Source: Mytilus edulis (taxonomy: Eukaryota). Taken from it: a DNA stretch of 64,000 bases. This document shows positions 53,221 through 64,000 of the stretch, in pieces. The translations under genes and the position numbers were made by a program. Every line of letters starts with the position of its first letter. The stretch's first letter is position 1. The stretch spans positions 65,162,001-65,226,000 of the forward strand of contig NC_092344.1 of NCBI RefSeq assembly GCF_963676685.1, read 5' to 3'. The notes beneath the pieces were generated by a model. That model had not been told where the DNA came from, ran no database searches, and worked only from the letters and a program-made list of their open reading frames with translations.

Positions 53221-55663
53221 AATGCCATTAAGACATTTTGAGAATTAATAGCACTTTTACTGCTTTGTTACTAGTTACTTGTTACTCTTCGTATACAGAC
53301 TAATTATTGTTCTGAATTTTTTTTTTATCAAGGTTTAATTGGGGAAGATATAAAAGATAAAACTTTTATAATTAGCTATTACAAATTATGTTATGTATTG
53401 GAAATGAGTAGTCACATGATTACGTAGAATCTGTACAAACAGTAAGATAGATATAAACTGAAAATGCATTTTATAATTAGACATTTATTGTTGACAACAC
53501 TTTAATATAATACTTGCAATTTTGTCAAAAAACGACACAAGATACAAGTTGGATGTTTAGCTAACTATTAAACCAGATTAGATCCACAATTTTCCTGTTA
53601 AAAATGTATTTACCAAGGTAGGAATCTGAAAACAAGTTTTCAGTAGATTATCTAGGTTGATAGAATGTTTGGTCTTTGTAGAATCCCCGCGTTCCCCTTT
53701 TTGATTTAGTGATGAGTCACGTTTTGCTTTTCGGAATTATTTTTCATCATTGTATATCAATGTTTTATCTTTTAAAAAGGAGTATGTGTGATAATTGCTC
53801 AAAACAGGGCATTTTCTATATCTATAAGATCGAGCGTCTAGAAACTTTAGGACAGAAATGTCAATTTTGATTGCACTTTGAAGTCATAAACATGTTGAAA
53901 TTAAAAGTGACATAAACTTGTAATTATATAGTTTTAGTGAAAAGAAGGCACGAGTCAATTCCTTACAACATTATCATGGCTAAAATAATATGTTAGAAGG
54001 ATATATCATTATGAATTTCGAAATCTATAAGCAAAGTGTTTTGCCTTTGATAACAAGTCAGTAATATCGCAAATGTATGGGAAAAGTATAAATGGATTAC
54101 ACGTCATCAATATTTACCAGTGTTTAATTCGATAAAATTAAACATTGGACTATATCGCAATAATATATGGCTGTCATGCTTTTGTTGGTGTGTTTGTAAG
54201 ACGTTGACGTTTTATACAAACGTGCAATATAATTGTTTTTGTTCGATCAAGTAAAAGTATTCTTATTAAAAAGTCTTAATATTATACTTTTAACTGCCAT
54301 CTCTAATAAAGAAATAATGGTATTTATTATAGATAAATTATACAAAAATATCAATCGGTTTGTAGTGTGTCAAAAATTAAAAAGACAAAAGTAGTTATGA
54401 GGCTCGATATTCAAAATCATCCAATGACGTTATCAATAATATGTTGATCTCAGAGTACTAAAAACATTTGCACAAAATGTCATCTTTTAAAAAAAAAATC
54501 ATTCATTTGTGACAATTTCTTTTGCAGGTCACAAGTACATGCCACATATTAAGAACACAAAATAAATGAAATGACGGCTTCTTGACTTGGTAACCATATT
54601 GAAAAAAATCAGTCCGTTATGTGAAATTAATCAATTTGTAATAATGTTTATAGAGTATTAAAATTGGCGTTTTTAATTGCATAAATATTCAAAAGAATTA
54701 AAGTTTATTTGTCAGAGTTCTGCCTGTGAATTTGATAAATTTGATCGGTAGATATGTCAGGTTTGCATAATACCTTTTTTCAGTATGGGTTTCTGTAAGT
54801 TTTTCAGTCAATGGCTTATAAAATAATTTGAAAAGTTCAAGTTCTGTTATAAAAACATGCATTTTTAATTGTTAAAAGAAGCAATCATAATGCCTTTCCA
54901 GATTTAGAAATATGACAGTTATTTTTCACTTGTTTCGTTGGTTCATAACGTTAGATTTTGTCAGTTTATTATTTATTTACCTTGGAGTTCGGTTTTGCTT
55001 AACTTATATCTCATAAGAGAATTAATCCAAAAATGCATAATCGAGTGAATATGAAATAATAGAATAGAAAGAGATACACAAAATAGAATCAACGTATATT
55101 AAAAAATGTCATAGTTCATATACATGATATATTCATGTATCCCTGTACGGAGTTGATAAAAGCGATCACTACAGCAATATTTGACGAAAAAATATATTTC
55201 TAAGACGATGACTCTTGTTATGTTTTATTCATATATATAACAAACGTAAATGAAAAAGAGAAAGAAATTTTCATCTGTGTCGATACGTAAAATGTAATTT
55301 CTAGAATAAGTTTTATACCTGTATAGTTAGGGTTTCGACTTAACATCTATGTGTTATCCATAATCCTGTTTCAATGAATTTATTTAAACACATTTAATTT
55401 ATTTAAACGAAAAACATATTGTGCTCAGTATCTATATATGTAGTAAGTTTAGTTCAAATATATCGTGTTGGCTAAAAACATATAAAATAGATGAGACATA
55501 TCTTAATCAAACTTAGAAAGTCTTCTCTTAGATATATAATAGTGCCTCAAGATTTCCTAAGATACTAAATTATGATATTTTGTGTATCAAAAATCTATAA
55601 TTATTTAGTTAGTGATATATTGATCTGTGCTCATCGATCAAATAATTAAAATTATCTTTTCAG

Positions 55664-55816
55664 GACTTCATGGCCTACCTGCAAGAATGGGAAAACTTAA
55701 GGATATTACCAAGTTTGATGCAGAATTCTTTAGTATTCACCAAAAGCAGGCCAATAGTATGGACCCTCAATTAAGATTACTATTTGAAGTAACCTATGAA
55801 TCTATCATTGATGCTG
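55664..55816 (+). CDS. FASN: FAS-like coding exon 2 ([23 protein letters not shown]...[20 protein letters not shown])
   Basis: tttcag acceptor, g|gtatgt donor, 153 bp, phase 1-1; KS motifs FDAxFF and MDPQxR. Confidence 0.95.
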
Positions 55817-56022
55817 GTATGTAGCTGAATATATTAATTCTTATAATTTTTTTTAACTAACATTAAAAAATGTTAGATGTCGGTGTCATAATTTATTTTT
55901 CTACTTCATAATGTATTCAGGAAGTTCAATTGCCTTTTATTTCTGTGATTTGGTAGCTATTCCATATATAACTTTTACCAAAAGCTCCGTTTAATTTGAA
56001 TTGAACCATTGTATATTTCAAG

Positions 56023-56196
56023 GAGTTAGTCCAGACTGTCTGAGAGGATCAAGCACTGGAGTTTTTATTGGTAGCAGTCTATCAGAGTCACATGATGCCT
56101 GGTCTTCTGACCCAGATACAACTCTTGGTTACCATTTGATAGGATGCCATCGAACAATGTTTGCAAATAGACTGTCCTTTTACTTTGATTTCAAAG
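56023..56196 (+). CDS. FASN: FAS-like coding exon 3 (GVSPDCLRGSSTGVFIG...MFANRLSFYFDFKG)
   Basis: ttcaag acceptor, g|gtttga donor, 174 bp, phase 1-1. Confidence 0.95.
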
Positions 56197-57354
56197 GTTT
56201 GAACTGTGTTAATATTGATGACATAAACTGAAACAAAGTTTCTTTCAAATGAAGGAGGCATAACTCTTTATGTCATTTAAGATTGTGCTATGCTTCTAAT
56301 GAAATGTGTGATGTTTAGAGATGAAATAGCTTTTTGACCATAAATATTTCTATAAAAACTCAAAAGCTTGAAATATGCCTAATGGTATCGATTTTTTTTT
56401 TTGGGGGGGGAGGGGGGTGCAAATTTCCGAGGACAAATATACGATTTTCATATGTAACAGCATCATAAAATAATGTCCCCTTGAAACAGTTTACGCGGGA
56501 CAAAATTATTTTATAGTAATATATATGTTCAGGACAGTATTTCATTCCGAAATAGTGTCCTTCTCAACGGAATATTGTCAGATTCTTGGGGACAATATGT
56601 CACTGAGAATTTCTGTCCACTACAATATATACTCTGTTTCCTAATTAAAGCATGGCTTCCCTGGGGAATCATACATCATGCATTTGTAAAAGTGTTTCAG
56701 AAAATAGTTCATGAAAAGTATCTGTTTAACCGTGACATGCTGAATCAAATACTTTTCATGTTTAGTGTAAAGGCATGCAACATTCACATTTTTAAATTTA
56801 TAAATGAAAATATTTTACATGGTAAGTATTTCATATAAGAAAATTATATTTTTTATAATAAGCTAATATCAAATTTGCAGAAATATTACTACTTGAAGTC
56901 AAATATTTTAAGTGTACCACTTTGTTGTTTGAATAAAGTTAAAGTACTAGCTGATAGATTATTCTTATTAAATCTATTGATGTCATTGTCCAAAATATTA
57001 GTTTTTATAGCCTCCCTTCCATCAAACAAAATTTTATGATACTCCATTCTTTAAATTAATATTATCTCAATAAACACAAAATGTACTTTTGGATAGATTC
57101 CCGTTAACGATACAAAGTTTCTTGAATATCAGTTTGTGCGAGAATGTCAAATAAGATAACTTTCGTATTCATCTCTAGTCATTTTTCATAGATGGAGACA
57201 AATTATCATAAAAAATAAACATAAAATATTGTCTTAGGGAAAATATTGTGCTTTAGATGATGTGTGGTAAAACTTTTATTCATATTAAAAGATTTTAGAA
57301 ATTTTGAAGTTATTTATGTTTATTCTCAGTTTTGTCATTGTCAATTCATGTCCA

Positions 57355-57608
57355 AAGTCAGGAGCCTCTGGCCTTTGTTAGTCTTGTATTATTTTAAATT
57401 TAGTTTCTTGTGTACAATTTGGAAATTAGTATGGCGTTCATTATCACTGGACTAGTATATATTTGTTTAGGGGCCAGCTGAAGGACGCCTCCGGGTGCGG
57501 GAATTTCTCGCTACATTGAAGACCTGTTGGTGACCCTCTGCTGTTGTTTTTTATTTGGTCGGGTTTTTGTCTCTTTGGCACATTCCCCATTTCCATTCTC
57601 AATTTTAT
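57355..57608 (+). repeat. Dispersed repeat copy (same family as 11060-11314)
   Basis: Direct similarity along about 250 bp. Confidence 0.8.
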
Positions 57609-58439
57609 CATATCGTCGTTCCTAGTATTTCTATACACTTTTGGTCCAAAATGATTCTAACTTGGTTCCCTGCTGGATACTATAACGATCTAGACGGAAA
57701 CCGGTAACTAGATAATTCGTAGATACATGTAGTATTAATATTGGAATTTCCCTTGCCATTCAACATAAAATATGTGATTTTATAGGCATTTTTTTCATAA
57801 ATTCTCCGCTTAAATATTACATGTATTAAGAAACTATCAGAAACTTACATTCGACGATTCAATCTATTATATAGGATCCTTTCTTGTAAAAACTGTTCTT
57901 ATCTTTCATTTCCCTGTCTTCCCTGATATTGAAAATTGTGAGTTTGAGCAAATTGCGCTTGGGCTTCCAAACATAATTGTATGTGTTATTTGCATCAAAC
58001 AGTACATTTATAATTTACTAGCAATCATCTACTTTCGTCCAGTTGAAACGCTGTATTTAATTTGTCATGGTTGACACTTTATTGATTTTGGCAGAGTTAA
58101 TTTTTTTTTATACGAGATGTTGTGTTGATGCATTGTTGTTTCGATATGTTATTTCCTGCAGTGAATCTTATCTAATCTGATCCATTCATCGAAACCGATA
58201 AGATCGCGACAAACCCGTATCGATTAATGACTTAAATGTTCTCTCCCAATTGTGACCTTATACTATCTTATCTAAATTGTGAATTTAGAAAAAGTGATTG
58301 TTTTTCGTTATTTTGTGGCATAGTCTGATTATTTTCTAATATTAGTTTGAGTTTTCCTGTGGTTATCTTCTGTCTTTTTTTCTTAATCCTACAGGTATGT
58401 TTTCATTAGTACGGTTACACTATCAAGTATTTTTTTTAG

Positions 58440-58640
58440 GCCCAAGTCTCAGTGTAGACACTGCCTGCTCCTCCAGTTTGACGGCCATGGATCAAGCTTT
58501 TCATAGCATTAGACAAGGTCATTGTGATGCAGCCATTGTAGCTGGCTGTAATTTGTGTGTACGACCGACATCATCACTACAGTACCATAAGCTTGGAATG
58601 CTTTCAAAAGGCGGCACTTGCAAATCTTTCGATGCATCAG
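58440..58640 (+). CDS. FASN: FAS-like coding exon 4 with the KS active-site Cys (GPSLSVDTACSSS...CKSFDASG)
   Basis: ttttag acceptor, g|gtacag donor, 201 bp; DTACSSS motif. The next expected exon (NGYCRSE-type) was not found before 64000. Confidence 0.95.
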
Positions 58641-61600
58641 GTACAGGTTTTACAGTGTTACTAACCAGTAAAAACATAGGACAGATATAGATTATTGTCG
58701 AAATGCGCATCTGGTGCAGGAAAATTGATACCGTTAATGTTATTAAATACATGTTAAATTATTTAAAATCGACATGTACAAGAATTCGTTCGGTCTTTAA
58801 TGCGCATGCGCTAGTAATTGTCCATATACACCGATTATTTTTACTATAGATTTGTATGGGCAAATAGTTTTTATACCCGTATTACTTTATGTTAACATTT
58901 GAATTTCTTGTTCGCGTGGTTAAATATAGTTTCTTTAAGGTTTGAACTGTTTTATGGTGTAAATTTTATGAAAATAAGATATTTTAAACATCCGTCACTT
59001 TTGATTTAAAATTTGCTACCGTAAATAGCTAAGTAGCCCTTTTAATGTATAGAGAGAAGGCATTGTTTTGCGAACCCCTGACATCTGTTTGCTTAAATAA
59101 CAAATAGTATTCGTTATTTTCTTATTTTCGCGTGGATATTTTAATAATCTTCAAAGACAGGGAAATAAAATGGTATTTTTGTTTAAAAAATAACTTTTGT
59201 AATTCTCCCGTCTTTTTATGGTTGAAAATTGAAAATTGTCATGGAAAAGAGAATTTTACACTCTTGGATACGAAGTCATCGGATAAAAACTTATACTTTT
59301 GTGAATTAGTATGATTATATCTTTTAAGATTCTGATATACAATATAATTTTGAAGATATACATGTTTACTCTACATGTGACATTAAAGTAGAAATACTGG
59401 CAATACACAAGGTATACGTTTTTTTGTGTATTCTCCCCTTTTCAATCATGATAGAGGATAAAGTATACAAAGGAATCATTATGTTGAACTTCCAACAATT
59501 AACAATTACAATGAAAAAAATTAATTTGCTGGAAGCTCCCGAGAAAAACTTTGACAAAAGACTGGTGAAACGGCTGCATGTCGAAATTAAAATCCTCCTT
59601 CGGATTTTAATTGAATAAAAGAATAACCTTGATCGTTATTGCATATATCGTCACCATGCATAAACATCAATTGGATAAAGTTCTTTGGTTGCACTAGTTA
59701 TATTTTTTAACAGAAAAAATGGCTATGATTTTTTAAATTATTAAAATTTCAATAATTATTATTTCATAATTTTTCCATAACCGTAAGCTTACTAACAACA
59801 GTGACATATATGTCTCTGCTAAAAGTAATGATTTATCTTCCCTGAAAAAAACCCCACATATTAAACGTCCCAATACTCAGTAGTATGATAAAGTTTGAAA
59901 TATGTTTTAACAGAAATATTTACTAATTAACTTTTTAACAACTACATGTACTGCATAAACCTACACACCCCGGGATACCAATATTGATTTGTGTGATTCA
60001 AGTATCTTTGATTGTTCTCTACAGGGAGTGATGCGTGTATAAATATTATTAATTTTTCACACTTTTCTTATCATTTCAAGTTGAACACTTTCAGAGTTTT
60101 ATCTTTGACGTGTTTTTGATTTCGCTAAGTTAGCTACATGTATTTAGGAAAATACCCCGTGTTTACTAAATACTTTGTCATAGTTGAGATCCGTTACATA
60201 TATTTCTTTAGAAATGAACATTATTATGAAATAATCATTAAAACGAATATGAAAATAAATTAAAAAAATACTGAAAACTGTAATATATTTGGAAAAGTTT
60301 AATTCTTAAAAATCACACAATGGATTGTTTCTTGAATACACACTGACTAAAATCATAAAATCTCGCAGCATGGAGATTTAGATCTATTGTGTCAAATAAA
60401 AGATACATGAATGCAACCTTTTAAAACGTTTTACCATGAAAATCAAGTTATATAAACATTTGAAACCAGGAAGAGTTTAACCAAACAAATTGAAGTCAAC
60501 AGGGCCGAATTGGTGTCCCTAGTAGTAGATGTTGTAAGAGACCAATATAACAAACAATATAATGAAATTATGTCCAGAATTGCAATATTTAAACAGTGAC
60601 ACTATATATTGATTTTGATTATAAAAATTGGATCTCTCTTTTAGAATCTACTATACTTTATGCAATATCATAATTTAATTTAAAAGATAAAATAAAAAAA
60701 GGCCTAAGTGAGATAAAATTAACATACATTTTGTATCTTCTGTAAGGAGTACAAATTGACTTTTCTTCCCTTTACACACGTATTCCTCATTATAAACTTA
60801 AAGACAATGTAGACTTACAAGTCAATCTTTTGTTAAGTGTCCATAGTTAAAACAATTGTCTTGCTTGAAGAATGGACAAATCACATTTAAAAAACTCTTT
60901 ATTCGTAAAAAAAAAATTGGAACTGTGATACTGTCATGATGTTTGATTTTTTTTCATTGACCAAATGTATGTTATGTTAGATTGACGTTTTTTCAACTGA
61001 GATCAGTTGCATGAAATCCCATCAGAAATAGTTATGGTTCTCTTTTCACCGACATGCATATGTTGCTTTGTTATAACCAAGCTAGTAAAATAAATAAGGC
61101 CGTTAGTTTTCTCGTTTGAATTCTTTTACATTGTCATTTCGGGGCCTTTTATAGCTGACTATAATTTCCGCAATTGTTTAGTCATGACACAGTCTTTCGA
61201 ATCAATTTGTACGTGTTTGCTAAATGTAAAATGAAATTAGAAAAAATTCCGAATGAAAACTTTTAGGATTAATGTATTTATATAACATTGACAATATCAT
61301 TTAATGATTGTGATGTGTTTACAGCGCTTTTCTGTATTTACCCTTATCAATATCCAAAGTTATAACACACCATACAATATTAATTGGTTAAAGGTGTCTT
61401 CTTAAAACTAAGGAATATATAAAGTATCAGTATGATGACCATAAAATCAGTAGGACATCATCGTTAACGAAGCAGTAACAAAAATGTGTTAATTCTGTTT
61501 ATCTTACTATCTTTACATACAAAACATGTAAAAGATCATAAACTTGAAATAGATATTCAAAAAATTTGATTACTTAATACTTTTTATTTATTTTTACCTC

Positions 61601-62966
61601 ATGTATCGAAGAAGTGAAATCGATTTTGTTTTAAATCATTCTCTATTTTAAACTTGCAAAATTTAATAGATTTTATAGATGCATTTCGCCATCTTGCAGT
61701 TCAAAGATGAAAAAAGAAACAAACTTTTCACCAAATTCGGTAATAGCTAAATTGAGTTAATATGAGTTTAGATTTTTCTCTGTACCGATGTAATGCATTG
61801 TATGTATGAGATTCAAAATATATTTACTATGTTCCTTCAACTAGACATGGCAAAATACAATGTTTTGGTGGCCAGATTCATTTCTTTTATGTCTTTTTTT
61901 GTCTTATAAAATCAAATACTTTTCATTTTCTTAACAGAATTTACATGTTTAGAAAAGTGTTCAAAGATAAGAAAGAATTATGTTACACAATAATTACGCA
62001 TCTCGTATAATAAAAAAATAATTGAAATTATTATATATAAACCGTAATAATCCTAATTTGATTCCGTAAACTTGGTTTTCTATTAAGATGACAAATTATT
62101 ATACTATTGGAATTAAGCGTGGACATCGATCATCAAACATTCAAACCCCGTTGTGATCCGATATCTAATTATTTATGTACACAAGTTGGCGTGCAAAAAT
62201 CAACAGCCTCCTCGGAAATACTGATAAACTCGTTTCCCTTTATAAGAAAATTGAGTTACCTCCCCTTTTTTAGTACGAGTTGTCTTTCTTGACCGAACTA
62301 ATAGTTCAGTATGTACGCCCAAATTTTACCGATTTTCATCAAAGATTATTTTTTTTCATTTAATTTTTGTATTTGAAACGAATGACTACATCATGAAAAA
62401 AATTAATACTTGACCATCGTTGTAAAAAAATGAACCTTTTGCCAGGGGCGGATCCAGAACCTCGATTTCTGGGGGGGGGGGGGGGGGGCACCATGAAACC
62501 AAAATTTATATATTTTTTTAGAGATGTACACATGTATATGCGAGTGTGGGTGGGTTTGTTTTGTTGTTTGTTGTTTTTTTGTTGTTTTTTTTGGGGGGGG
62601 GGGACGGGGGGGGTCATCGTTTTCTATTTTTCATAACTATTTCACTTTATACTTTATTTTCCTGTCAATTGATCTTTTTCATATTCGTCCTAAACATGCA
62701 TCAAATATTTGCCACTGGACTTTGAACAACCAACAATCAATCAATATTTTCATTATATTTCATCACCTCTACCTTCTTTTATCTATACTTTTTGGCCTCC
62801 CTTCCAGGCTTACTTTTTTGCACAGAATTATTATCTCTGTAAAACACCTTCATATCTTTATATATGGTGACCTATTCATTTCCTTGTACATGTACGTACA
62901 TATGGTAATTGAAACAAGAAAAATAAACAAATATAACTGTATGCTTTGGCTGTATAAGTCACAGAT

Positions 62967-63116
62967 CAGGGGCGGATCCAGCCATTTTAAAAAGGGGGGT
63001 TCCTTACCCAGGACAAAAGGGGGGGGTTCCAACTACATGTCCCCATTCAAATGCATTGATCGTCAAAAAAAGGGGGGTCACAACACCCGGAACCCTCCCC
63101 TCTGGATCCGCGCCTG
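62967..63116. mobile_element. 150-bp MITE with CAGGGGCGGATCCAG / CTGGATCCGCGCCTG termini and a 5-bp target-site duplication
   Basis: CAGAT at 62962-62966 and 63117-63121. Related termini at 62442 and ~63874-63886. Confidence 0.75.
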
Positions 63117-64000
63117 CAGATTCTGTTTTAAAGTAGATCTTATGGAAATAAAATAGCAATTATAAATGATTATTCATTAGAAAATGTCAATTCATTTTTC
63201 CTGGACCTGGTGAAAAGGAGGAGGGGTAAAAAAAATGTTAATTTCCCTTGAAAATAAGAGGGGAAAGAAATATGACATGCCGTTTAAAAAAATCAATCTT
63301 GTATGGGATTAAAAAAATAGTTTAATTTGTTTGCTGAATAAATTCTCAAAACGAGTTTTGAAATTGAAGAAGAAGAAATTTTATTTGTGAGTACTGTATT
63401 TTGGAATGAAGAAATACCCAAATATAAATGTATGCCATCCTTATATATATGGAAGTGTTTAACGACCTTGACTGGCTTTTCAGCCCTCGAACGGTCTGTG
63501 CCATCCTTATCGACTTCAAACATATATATTTGTACCTATTTAAAAAAAAAACACATCAGAAGTTTCACCTGGTAATCGTAATTACAAACAATAAAAAATC
63601 GTACTATTCGAATCAACATGTAAATGTATTTTACATAAAAGCTTTTGCAAACAGACATTACACACAGGTGTCAATATTTACACACCCATCGATAAGTTGT
63701 CATAAATCACAAATGTGGACGCTGGTATTAATTACATAACGACCAGTTTAAGAAGTCAAATCAAGCTGGGATTAATTTCTGCTCTAGATAAGAAGATTCA
63801 ATAGCAATAAAATTATGTTAGAATGTTTTTTGGTGACCTGAACTGGGGGGAAAGTGCCCCCTGTGCCCCCCGGTAAATCCGCCACTGTTTTGCGACTGTC
63901 AAACAAGCGAGAGGTTCAGCTTACTATAAAACAAGGTTTAATCCATCATTTTCTACATAAAAGAGTACTTGTAACAAGTCTGAAATATGACAGTTGCTAT

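Noticed and set aside
57742-57752. NF-kB consensus site (GGGAAATTCC on the minus strand)
   Set aside because: A single 10-mer in a FAS intron, plausible by chance in 64 kb and far from the TIR gene.
58641-58745. Read-through GTGFTVLLTSK and nearby YCR resembling the next FAS exon
   Set aside because: Stop codons follow quickly, the motifs are out of order, and the segment looks like a repeat remnant.
60501-60540. Peptide AELVSLVVDVVR resembling tubulin AELVDSVLDVVR
   Set aside because: Only 12 codons with no flanking similarity; probably chance.
62524-63156. 210-aa ORF
   Set aside because: Built from low-complexity G/T tracts and a MITE; no recognisable domain.

Overview
AT-rich eukaryotic genomic DNA with GT-AG introns. 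The repeat content suggests a bivalve mollusc, probably Mytilus (inference). Three spliced protein-coding genes can be reconstructed. (1) A divergent beta-tubulin on + (exons 4877-4985, 6089-6444, 7311-8132; the first MREI exon was not found in the window). (2) A complete 746-aa single-pass receptor on the minus strand, join(31151-30338, 26844-26686, 24487-24344, 21467-20344): signal peptide, EGF-like repeats, TM helix, TIR domain and a long Ser-rich tail. It has IL-1R-like intron positions and a canonical beta-TrCP degron. (3) The first four coding exons (KS domain) of a type I fatty acid synthase-like gene on +, which apparently continues past the window end. Introns and intergenic DNA are full of mobile DNA: a decayed hammerhead-ribozyme (retrozyme-like) tandem array, Penelope-like RT fragments, RTE and CR1/L2 LINE 3' ends, Helentron-associated elements, MITEs, SINE remnants and a 36 x 56-bp minisatellite with a four-state variant code. 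The most notable item is the EGF-TM-TIR receptor. No database searches were run.
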